Below, in pieces: positions 11,111 to 18,756 of a stretch of 28,241 nt of DNA; positions within the stretch are counted from its first letter, which is position 1; the number at the start of each line of letters is the position of its first letter. The notes below the pieces were generated by a model that did no database searches, had not been told where the DNA came from, and worked only from the letters and a program-made list of their open reading frames with translations. The translations under genes and the position numbers were made by a program. Where the stretch lies: the IMG/VR virus record IMGVR_UViG_2541047953_000002, one strand, 5' to 3'. The stretch is from a virus. Taxonomy: Duplodnaviria > Heunggongvirae > Uroviricota > Caudoviricetes.

Positions 11111-11402
11111 GCTATATTAAAGCTTTAATTTCAGGCCCCATCGGATCACACATGGAGAGTTTTTATGAATAACCCCGTCTGTCTTGATGACTGGTTGATT
11201 GGCTTTAAAAGCTTATGCTGTACTTTGGCCGTAATAGCTCTGCTAATAATATAATAAGCAGACTCATTGTGTTTAGGGACATTGTACTGGAAGAAAACAT
11301 TTTAAACATCAGGCAAATAACCAAGTCACCAGCTAAATAATAAGTTAACAGACATGAGTCCCGGGATGAGATTCAACATTACCATTGCCCCATTTAAAGC
11401 AC

Positions 11403-11426
11403 AAAACCCGCTCATCAGCGGGTTTT
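11403..11426. terminator. Intrinsic terminator; candidate tR' for the late promoter on the minus strand and terminator for cspF on plus
   Basis: Stem aaaacccgc/gcgggtttt with T-rich flanks on both strands. Confidence 0.6.
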
Positions 11427-11464
11427 CTACTTTTTCTTAACGTCGGGTATACAAAGCCCATCGT

Positions 11465-11500
11465 TGAAAAAATTTTATCCATATTTTTTGAAAAATGCAA
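11465..11500 (-). promoter_or_regulatory. Candidate late promoter PR' (-35 TTGCAT, 17-nt spacer, -10 TAAAAT) immediately downstream of Q
   Basis: Hexamers read directly on the minus strand; position matches lambdoid PR'/qut architecture. Confidence 0.5.
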
Positions 11501-11531
11501 ACATCATGTCGCCATCTTCAGCAAAAATCAT

Positions 11532-12284
11532 TTATCTCGTCACCTTCCTCAATTGCGCTTCCGCGTATGCTTCTTCCTGCCAGCACTTTGTTACCAGTTT
11601 ACCAATGACGTCCGCATACCCCTTATACCACTGATAATCGGTCAGGTCTGGTACCAGCTTCTGGACATGACGTCGTGCCAGCGTGGTCGGTAAACGACTA
11701 AACCGGTTTCCATTACAACGCCCACAAATCTTATATACCGGTACGCCATGAAACCGGGTTCTTTTTTCATCCAGAACAATCCCTTTACCCTTACACCCTC
11801 TGCACGCTGTGCTGGCTTCGCCCTTACCATGGCAATGCTGACATAGTTCCTTCACCCATTCTTCCTTGATTACAGATTCCCCGCGTCTGTAGTGTTTCAC
11901 CACTTCGCGCAATACATTATAAAATCCCGTACCTGAACAATGCTCACAGCGAGCCTTACTTGCCGCAGACCTGGAGTAATCAGCAAAGGCAAAACTCACG
12001 AGGTAAGGAATAATCTGTAACCGGATTTCTTCACTCAATTTGTTCAATGTCGGGTTATCCAGTGCCATCGCGTAATTTAGCAGGCCTTCAATCGCAAACT
12101 GAGGGTCCTGAACACCAACTTTTGCCAGAAATAAGGCCAACCCAAGTGGTGCTTTCGACTGCACCATCCCCTGCGCTGCCATTACATCCGTAATTGTTAA
12201 ACAACCGGTGCCTGTCGCTGGAGCGTCATCGCTCAATTTTGGAGATTTTGGGGAGTAATATTTTGGTAAGGCTTCAAGGTTCAT
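11532..12284 (-). CDS. quuQ: Late-gene antiterminator Q homologue (250 aa)
   Basis: ORF track 11532..12314; ATG at 12284 has GGAG at ~7 nt; Cys-rich zinc-binding region. Confidence 0.9.
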   Translation of the reverse strand: MNLEALPKYYSPKSPKLSDDAPATGTGCLTITDVMAAQGMVQSKAPLGLALFLAKVGVQDPQFAIEGLLNYAMALDNPTLNKLSEEIRLQIIPYLVSFAFADYSRSAASKARCEHCSGTGFYNVLREVVKHYRRGESVIKEEWVKELCQHCHGKGEASTACRGCKGKGIVLDEKRTRFHGVPVYKICGRCNGNRFSRLPTTLARRHVQKLVPDLTDYQWYKGYADVIGKLVTKCWQEEAYAEAQLRKVTR

Positions 12285-12297
12285 GCTCGTTCTCCAC

Positions 12298-13063
12298 TTA
12301 CGCCAGTACGCCAATTGCCAGCGCGCGATCGATAAAACGAAATATCAGCTCCAGTTGGGAGCCATACTTATCTTCAAATGCCACTGTATCCGTATGCAGC
12401 TCGTTGTGATGCTTTCTGCACAAAGGCAACACAAAGAGATCATGTGCTTTTGTTCCCATTCCGCCCTGCCCGTGACCAATCAGATGATGCGGATCGTCGG
12501 CTGGCATACCGCAGCAAGCACACGGCTGTGTCTTAACCCAACGTGTGTATTTCTCCTTAACCCAGCGGCGACGTTTAGGCAGCTTCATGAAAGATTCCGG
12601 AGACTCTGGATCAACGGTGATGCTTACCACCGTCTTTTCCTGTGGTGATTTTTGTTGCTGGTGGGCGTAAGGCAACGGTGCAAGATTTTTTGTGCGTTGT
12701 TTCAATATGCTGGTGGCGGTCTGCTCTCCCGGTACGATGTCGCTTTCGCGGTACACCGAGCAGATTTTTTCCGCTGGTAATCCCAGCAAACGACGCGATA
12801 CAGCCTCAGGTAGTGCATCCACCACCTGATTGCAGACCGCCCACCAGGATAATTCAGCCAAAGATAATTCCCGCTCCTGCGTACCGCTTATTGCGTGACG
12901 GATGACGTCAATCACCCATGCTGTCAGATTTTGTTGAGCAAGCAGCTCCAGTGATTCCGATGTCTGGTCACGCAGTTGGTTGTCGCAGTGCCAGCACAAC
13001 ACCATTGCGCCGGTACCATAACGGTGAATGACTGTTTCAGTGTGATGGTAATCGCCATTAGGC
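12298..13063 (-). pseudogene. ydfU: ydfU (DUF968, HNH-motif protein) C-terminal 255 codons, separated from its 5' part by an IS66-family insertion
   Basis: HNH-like motif CACCGMPADDPHHL...HH; frame and length reconstruct a 349-aa gene once the IS and one duplication copy are removed. Confidence 0.8.
13056..13063. repeat. 8-bp target-site duplication CATTAGGC (left copy) of the IS66-family element
   Basis: Identical 8-mer at 15596-15603 directly abutting the other IS end. Confidence 0.8.
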
Positions 13064-13148
13064 GTAAGCGTAAACTGACCGCCGTATGTAGCCATCAGAC
13101 GAGAATTGGTAACTTAGACGCCCATCTGATATAGACGGACATCTAAGT

Positions 13149-13574
13149 ATGGAATTACAGGACTGGCGAAAAGAACCTCGTAAAAACTATTCGAATGAAT
13201 TCAAACTTCGTATGGTGGAACTGGCATCACAACCTGGAGCTTGTGTTGCACAGATTGCACGTGAAAATGGCGTCAATGATAATGTTATTTTCAAATGGCT
13301 CAGGCTCTGGCAGAACGAAGGGCGTGTTTCGCGGCGTCTTCCGGTAACGACCTCTTCTGACACTGGCGTTGAATTATTACCTGTAGAAATAACGCCGGAT
13401 GAGCAGAAAGAACCTGTGGCGGCCATTGCGCCGTCTTTATCCACTTCCACTCAGACCAGAGTCAGTGCCAGTTCCTGCAAGGTGGAATTCCGTCACGGTA
13501 ACATGACGCTGGAAAATCCATCGCCAGAGCTGCTCACAGTGTTGATCCGTGAACTGACCGGGAGGGGAAGATGA
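13149..13574 (+). CDS. IS66-family accessory protein TnpA (HTH, 141 aa)
   Basis: ORF track; first gene of the IS66 triad; 4-nt overlap with tnpB. Confidence 0.85.
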   Translation: MELQDWRKEPRKNYSNEFKLRMVELASQPGACVAQIARENGVNDNVIFKWLRLWQNEGRVSRRLPVTTSSDTGVELLPVEITPDEQKEPVAAIAPSLSTSTQTRVSASSCKVEFRHGNMTLENPSPELLTVLIRELTGRGR

Positions 13575-13921
13575 TCTCACTCCCATCAGGTACCCGTATC
13601 TGGCTCGTTGCCGGCGTTACCGATATGCGTAAATCCTTCAACGGACTGGGAGAACAGGTACAACATGTGCTGAATGATAATCCCTTCTCCGGTCACCTGT
13701 TTATCTTCCGTGGCCGACGGGGTGACACCGTCAAAATTCTTTGGGCTGATGCTGATGGTCTGTGCCTGTTCACCAAACGCCTGGAGGAAGGCCAGTTTAT
13801 CTGGCCTGCGGTACGTGACGGCAAGGTATCCATTACCCGCTCGCAACTGGCAATGCTCCTCGATAAGCTGGACTGGCGCCAGCCAAAAACATCCAGCCGT
13901 AACTCACTGACAATGTTGTAA
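13571..13921 (+). CDS. IS66-family TnpB (116 aa)
   Basis: Characteristic N-terminus PSGTRIWLVAGVTDMRKSFNGL. Confidence 0.9.
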   Translation: MISLPSGTRIWLVAGVTDMRKSFNGLGEQVQHVLNDNPFSGHLFIFRGRRGDTVKILWADADGLCLFTKRLEEGQFIWPAVRDGKVSITRSQLAMLLDKLDWRQPKTSSRNSLTML

Positions 13922-13951
13922 AAAACTCCTGACCGCATTATAAAAACGGTC

Positions 13952-15565
13952 ATGAGTCAGAAATACCTCATTCGCATCGCAGAGCTGGAAAGGTTGCTCT
14001 CTGAGCAGGCTGAAGCCCTCCGTCAGAAAGACCAGCAACTGAGTCTGGTTGAAGAGACGGAAGCCTTCCTGCGCTCTGCACTGACACGTGCCGAAGAAAA
14101 GATCGAAGAAGATGAACGGGAAATAGAACATCTGCGGGCTCAGATAGAAAAACTGCGCCGGATGCTGTTCGGTACCCGTTCTGAAAAACTGCGTCGTGAA
14201 GTTGAACTGGCTGAGGCTCTGCTGAAACAACGTGAACAGGACAGCGATCGTTACAGTGGGCGGGAAGACGATCCTCAGGTTCCCCGCCAGTTGCGACAGT
14301 CGCGCCATCGTCGTCCGTTACCGGCACACCTTCCCCGTGAAATACACCGCCTGGAGCCAGAAGAAAGCTGTTGCCCGGAGTGTGGCGGTGAGCTGGATTA
14401 TCTGGGGGAAGTCAGCGCTGAACAGCTGGAACTGGTGAGCAGTGCCCTGAAAGTGATCCGCACAGAACGGGTAAAAAAAGCCTGTACAAAATGTGACTGT
14501 ATTGTTGAAGCACCGGCGCCGTCCCGCCCGATAGAGCGTGGTATCGCGGGCCCCGGATTACTTGCCCGCGTGTTAACGGGAAAATACTGCGAACATCTGC
14601 CACTGTATCGTCAGAGTGAAATCTTTGCCCGCCAGGGTGTCGAACTGAGCCGGGCCTTACTCTCCAACTGGGTTGACGCGTGCTGCCAGTTAATGACACC
14701 GGTGAATGATGCCCTGTACCGTTATGTAATGAACACCCGCAAGGTTCACACTGATGACACACCGGTAAAGGTACTGGCACCGGGTCAGAAAAAGGCGAAA
14801 ACAGGGCGTATCTGGACGTATGTCCGGGATGATCGCAATGTGGGTTCGTCATCTCCTCCAGCGGTCTGGTTCGCGTACTCGCCGAACCGGCAGGGGAAAC
14901 ACCCGGAGCAACACCTCCGCCCCTTCCGGGGTATCCTGCAGGCGGATGCGTTCACAGGTTACGACAGGTTGTTCAGTGCAGAACGTGAAGGTGGTGCACT
15001 GACAGAAGTTGCGTGCTGGGCCCATGCCCGGCGAAAAATCCACGATGTATACATCAGCAGCAAAAGTGCGACGGCAGAAGAAGCCCTGAAGCGAATCAGT
15101 GAACTGTACGCCATCGAGGATGAAATACGGGGATTACCGGAGTCAGAGCGTCTTGCCGTCAGGCAGCAGCGAAGCAAAGTGTTACTGACGTCGCTGCATG
15201 AATGGATGGTGGAGAAGAATGGTACGCTGTCGAAAAAATCCAGACTGGGCGAAGCGTTCAGCTATGTACTGAATCAGTGGGATGCCCTCTGTTATTACAG
15301 TGATGACGGTCTGGCGGAGGCGGATAATAATGCTGCGGAAAGAGCGCTTCGTGCAGTCTGTCTCGGAAAGAAAAACTTTATGTTCTTTGGCAGCGATCAC
15401 GGCGGCGAGCGTGGAGCACTGTTGTACGGGCTGATCGGCACCTGCCGTCTGAACGGTATCGATCCGGAAGCGTATCTGCGCCATATCCTGAGCGTACTGC
15501 CGGAATGGCCTTCCAACCGAGTTGACGAACTCCTGCCATGGAACGTAGTACTCACCAATAAATAA
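13952..15565 (+). CDS. IS66-family transposase TnpC (537 aa)
   Basis: N-terminal coiled coil, CxxC...CxxC zinc finger, and conserved CWAHARRK / NNAAERALR motifs. Confidence 0.9.
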   Translation: MSQKYLIRIAELERLLSEQAEALRQKDQQLSLVEETEAFLRSALTRAEEKIEEDEREIEHLRAQIEKLRRMLFGTRSEKLRREVELAEALLKQREQDSDRYSGREDDPQVPRQLRQSRHRRPLPAHLPREIHRLEPEESCCPECGGELDYLGEVSAEQLELVSSALKVIRTERVKKACTKCDCIVEAPAPSRPIERGIAGPGLLARVLTGKYCEHLPLYRQSEIFARQGVELSRALLSNWVDACCQLMTPVNDALYRYVMNTRKVHTDDTPVKVLAPGQKKAKTGRIWTYVRDDRNVGSSSPPAVWFAYSPNRQGKHPEQHLRPFRGILQADAFTGYDRLFSAEREGGALTEVACWAHARRKIHDVYISSKSATAEEALKRISELYAIEDEIRGLPESERLAVRQQRSKVLLTSLHEWMVEKNGTLSKKSRLGEAFSYVLNQWDALCYYSDDGLAEADNNAAERALRAVCLGKKNFMFFGSDHGGERGALLYGLIGTCRLNGIDPEAYLRHILSVLPEWPSNRVDELLPWNVVLTNK

Positions 15566-15595
15566 GCGTCAATACGGTGCTCCGTTGACGCTTAC

Positions 15596-15603
15596 CATTA
15601 GGC
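15596..15603. repeat. 8-bp target-site duplication CATTAGGC (right copy)
   Basis: Matches 13056-13063. Confidence 0.8.
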
Positions 15604-15887
15604 CACTGGCAGGATGTAACATGACGTAATAGCCAGTCGGACAATGCGCCAACGCCGCCAGCAGCACGAATCACCCGTTCGTTACTAAAAAACGGCAGCA
15701 ATGTTTTGTCTTCCGCCAGCGGCTGGCGAACGGCAGGAACGACTCCGGATGGCAGATTACGCATGCTTTTTGGTTCCGGTTCCACCAGCACTCGAGGATT
15801 ATGAAATATCTGTATGGATTCACGGCCCGGCTTAAGGACCACCAGCCCAAGCTCAGGCACCAGAACAGGTCTAAGTAATACCCGCAC
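15596..15887 (-). pseudogene. ydfU: ydfU N-terminal 97 codons (GTG start at 15887 with GGAGG Shine-Dalgarno)
   Basis: Same frame as the C-terminal fragment after removing IS plus one duplication (2540 bp); ORF track 15552..15926 reads into the IS. Confidence 0.75.
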
Positions 15888-15888
15888 G

Positions 15889-16167
15889 TTACCTCCAGAT
15901 CCGTTGCTGGAAAGTGCGGGACGCACGTGGTGGGCGTTCGGAATAAGGCAGCCTGACAGAGATTATCCAGTGCCGATAGTCGAGACTGAGAGCTTTCTTA
16001 ACCTCGAACCCGCGCCTGCGGTAAGAATGAATCAGCCATTCGGCCTGTTCTGCAGTGCATGGAGGGTGCTGGAACCATTCAGACTTGAATGCGTGAGAAT
16101 ACCGCCCGTGCGTGCAGGCAAGAACGGGCGAATTATCAGAATTGTAATATTTTGCGTTGCGTGCCAT
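15889..16167 (-). CDS. Hypothetical prophage protein (92 aa, Trp/Arg-rich), apparently translationally coupled to ydfU
   Basis: ORF track; ATG with GGAGA at ~6 nt; stop lies 1 nt before the ydfU GTG start. Confidence 0.5.
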   Translation of the reverse strand: MARNAKYYNSDNSPVLACTHGRYSHAFKSEWFQHPPCTAEQAEWLIHSYRRRGFEVKKALSLDYRHWIISVRLPYSERPPRASRTFQQRIWR

Positions 16168-16233
16168 CGGTTTTCTCCGGTGGCACGGTGTTACTCAGCG
16201 GGAGTTCAGCCCCGCGCAAGATTGTAGATGAGT

Positions 16234-16485
16234 TTATTCTCCTGAAAAAGCAGAAAAGCCAGCTTTTATTCCGATCTCTTTCAATGCCTGTAATGAAGTG
16301 ACAAACTCACCTTCGCGCAAGATAAATCCGTCCGTGACCCGAGCATCCACAAAATTAATTAACGCAGCCCCATTCTTTCGCAAACACATAATGCGGTAAT
16401 GACTAACAAGATTTCCATTTTCAACGCACACAGCATAGAGGCCATCTTCACAAAAAATTTTACGCAGTTCTTCGATGTTCATCAT
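16234..16485 (-). CDS. rem: Small prophage protein (83 aa)
   Basis: ORF track; length and position (between ydfU and hokD) match K-12 rem from memory. Confidence 0.55.
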   Translation of the reverse strand: MMNIEELRKIFCEDGLYAVCVENGNLVSHYRIMCLRKNGAALINFVDARVTDGFILREGEFVTSLQALKEIGIKAGFSAFSGE

Positions 16486-16596
16486 CAGAATCCTTCCGGA
16501 TAATTAGCTCTCCCCTTTAAGGGACCATCCCTCTTATCCCTGCGCGCTACTTAAGTATTTTTGATTCTATTCCGGCACCGTCCAGAACTTCAAACG

Positions 16597-16633
16597 CGTT
16601 GAAAATAAAAACAAAAACCCGCCGAAGCGGGTT
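16597..16633 (-). terminator. Intrinsic terminator ending the relB-relE-hokD operon
   Basis: Stem aacccgc/gcgggtt with loop cgaa, followed on the minus strand by TTTTTGTTTTTATTTT. Confidence 0.65.
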
Positions 16634-16701
16634 AAGTGCGGGTGCGTTGAGGATGCCTGCCACATCAGAGGTGGCGAGGGATTTCTCCCCCGCCGGGTCT
16701 C

Positions 16702-16857
16702 TTACTCCTCAGGTTCGTAAGCTGTGAAGACAGCGACCTCCGTCTGGCCGGTTCGGATTCGTACCTCGCAGAGGTCTTTCCTCGTTACCAGTGCCGTCAC
16801 TATGACGGTTAAACAGATGACGATCAGGGCGATTAACATCGCCTTTTGCTGCTTCAT
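16702..16857 (-). CDS. hokD: Hok-family membrane toxin (51 aa; HokD/RelF)
   Basis: Manual translation MKQQKAMLIALIVICLTVIVTALVTRKDLCEVRIRTGQTEVAVFTAYEPEE; below ORF-track cutoff. Confidence 0.85.
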   Translation of the reverse strand: MKQQKAMLIALIVICLTVIVTALVTRKDLCEVRIRTGQTEVAVFTAYEPEE

Positions 16858-16928
16858 AGCCTGCTTCTCCTGTCAACGCAAAGCAGAAGTGTCACCTTCG
16901 GTGCGAAACAGAGATGTCATGCTTTGGT

Positions 16929-17216
16929 TCAGAGAATGCGTTTGACCGCCTCGCTATATACTTCCGAGCGTTCTCTTTTCCCAACAGAAATCACGAAAAC
17001 GACAACTTTCTCGTCTATAACCTGGTATACAAGGCGATAGCCTGAAGACCGGAGCTTAATCTTGTAACAATCAGGCATACCACGGAGCTTGTTTGCTTCA
17101 ATCCGGGGTGACTCAAGTACTTCAACCAGCTTCTTTTTCAACTGTTCACGTACCGTCGAGCCCAGCTTTCGCCATTCCTTTAGTGCCCGCTCGTCAAAAT
17201 CCAGAAAATACGCCAT
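16929..17216 (-). CDS. relE: RelE mRNA-interferase toxin (95 aa)
   Basis: ORF track; classic RelE sequence; overlaps the relB stop. Confidence 0.95.
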   Translation of the reverse strand: MAYFLDFDERALKEWRKLGSTVREQLKKKLVEVLESPRIEANKLRGMPDCYKIKLRSSGYRLVYQVIDEKVVVFVISVGKRERSEVYSEAVKRIL

Positions 17217-17455
17217 CAGAGTTCATCCAGCGTCACACGTACTGGCTTAGGATTACGAAGCCGTTCTTTCACTATCTCCACAAGTTCAGCATCTTCATCA
17301 CTCAGGAGTGTCTGTTTGAACGGCAAGCGTTCATTGTCAGCGATATACTCGAGCATGAGACGAAGCGCTTCAGAAGGAGTTACACCCATTTTTTCAAGCG
17401 CGGCGTAAGAACGCGCTTTAAGTTCATCGTCAATACGCAGGTTAATGCTACCCAT
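17216..17455 (-). CDS. relB: RelB antitoxin (79 aa)
   Basis: ORF track; ribbon-helix-helix N-terminus. Confidence 0.95.
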   Translation of the reverse strand: MGSINLRIDDELKARSYAALEKMGVTPSEALRLMLEYIADNERLPFKQTLLSDEDAELVEIVKERLRNPKPVRVTLDEL

Positions 17456-17525
17456 GTCTTACACCTCTTGTAATTACAAATGTCATTACAAGTATCGCAC
17501 TACAACATGCTTAGGGCAAGTCACG
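17456..17525 (-). promoter_or_regulatory. relBE promoter and relO-type operator (12-bp perfect palindrome TTGTAATTACAA at 17468-17479 plus adjacent TGTCATTACAAG repeat)
   Basis: Palindromic hexad repeats seen directly upstream of the relB start; candidate -35 TTGCCC and -10 GATACT. Confidence 0.6.
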
Positions 17526-17785
17526 AAGGAAGTCAGAAAGTAGTCGTAAGAACGGTGATCACTGTCCGCTTTGTGCCAGGAGCAGCCATTGCTAAGTCCA
17601 TCCTGTATTGTGCAGGTCAGCTCGTTTTTAAAGAGTCCGGCCATCATCTTACTGGTACAGACACCATATACTTTGTGACGGTCAGGCTACATATGCACAA
17701 CTCAACTTATTCATCTATTTTTTGCTTTAGCATGTCAGTGTTGCTTTCTCGTCGGCGGGTGAGCGGTGACCTGACCTGTCGATAA
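17480..17785 (+). CDS. ydfV: Hypothetical protein (101 aa); start codon lies inside the relO operator
   Basis: ORF track; length and position match K-12 ydfV from memory; no clear Shine-Dalgarno; may not be expressed. Confidence 0.4.
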   Translation: MSLQVSHYNMLRASHEGSQKVVVRTVITVRFVPGAAIAKSILYCAGQLVFKESGHHLTGTDTIYFVTVRLHMHNSTYSSIFCFSMSVLLSRRRVSGDLTCR

Positions 17786-17937
17786 AGGAACGTAACACGT
17801 TTTATGCAACACCCGCATGCGGCAGAAAATTATTGCCGAACGTTTACCCCTGTCAACAAGCTTTACTTTCTGAGGCGCGCCAGCCCGCGAGGAAAACAAT
17901 CTGAACATCAAACAATTAATGACACAAGAAATACGAT

Positions 17938-17964
17938 TAAAGATTTTTTTGTGCATGCCGATAG
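17938..17964 (+). promoter_or_regulatory. Sigma-28 (FliA) promoter: TAAA-N15-GCCGATAG
   Basis: Near-consensus match to TAAA-N15-GCCGATAA about 25 nt upstream of the flxA start. Confidence 0.65.
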
Positions 17965-17987
17965 TGCTTTTTTAAAAGGAGAAATCT

Positions 17988-18320
17988 ATGTCTGTCACAA
18001 TTCAGGGAAATACCTCAACCGTTATTTCAAACAACTCCGCCCCGGAAGGAACATCAGAAATAGCCAAAATCACAAGACAAATTCAGGTGCTGACTGAAAA
18101 GCTTGGGAAAATCTCATCGGAAGAGGGGATGACGACACAGCAGAAAAAAGAAATGGCTGCATTGGTACAGAAGCAAATTGAAAGCCTCTGGGCTCAACTG
18201 GAGCAGTTGTTAAGGCAGCAGGCAGAGAAAAAGAATGAAGACGCGACAGTTCAGCCTGATAAAAAAGAAGAGAAAAAAGACGATACAAATACCGCTGGCA
18301 CCATTGATATTTACGTCTAA
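17988..18320 (+). CDS. flxA: FliA-regulated protein FlxA (110 aa)
   Basis: ORF track; AGGAG Shine-Dalgarno; sigma-28 promoter upstream. Confidence 0.9.
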   Translation: MSVTIQGNTSTVISNNSAPEGTSEIAKITRQIQVLTEKLGKISSEEGMTTQQKKEMAALVQKQIESLWAQLEQLLRQQAEKKNEDATVQPDKKEEKKDDTNTAGTIDIYV

Positions 18321-18335
18321 GTGACAGCCGTATTG

Positions 18336-18358
18336 TGGCCCTCATCGGGCCACTTTTC
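18336..18358 (+). terminator. Candidate flxA terminator (stem gtggccc/gggccac then TTTT)
   Basis: Seen directly 16 nt after the flxA stop. Confidence 0.45.
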
Positions 18359-18756
18359 GCCATCAGCCTTTTCTTTAAAGACATATTATCTTTGTATCAT
18401 TTCTGATAGTTAACATTACAAGATATAAGTAATGGACGCACTCCCAATTAGTCTATTTAAATCGCCACGAGTTTAACTGACAACCCATGATCAATTATGA
18501 ATTGCAACTATTTCTGTAGTCACTTTTGTGGGGACAGTCCACAAAACTGCCAACTTCCGCTTCTTGCTCTTAGCGGACATTAGCATAGGCTATTTACCAT
18601 AACGCCTCATTACGCGCACCGCCCAGACTGACTCAGCGCGTTTCTGGCATATCCCCGGTAAAACAAGTAACAAACCACCCGAAAATGAACACCAGAAACG
18701 CGACTTAAGAATCTACCCTATGAATGGATATGCACTCAACCGAATCGATCTTGGTT

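Larger units (their letters stand above)
13064..15595 (+). mobile_element. IS66-family insertion sequence (2532 bp, three ORFs tnpA-tnpB-tnpC, imperfect terminal inverted repeats starting GTAAGCG)
   Basis: Left end GTAAGCGTAAACTGACC..., right end reverse complement GTAAGCGTCAACGGAGC...; flanked by 8-bp direct repeats. Confidence 0.85.

Noticed and set aside
11385-11693. 102-aa plus-strand ORF
   Set aside because: It spans the bidirectional terminator and runs antisense into quuQ.
13100-13148. Alternative IS66 left end nearer to tnpA, with ydfU ending at the ATG at 13095
   Set aside because: The GTAAGCG inverted repeat and the 8-bp duplication place the end at 13064; the MATYGG N-terminus is IS-encoded.
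13586-15484. Multiple minus-strand ORFs inside the IS66 element
   Set aside because: They are antisense to the tnpB and tnpC genes.
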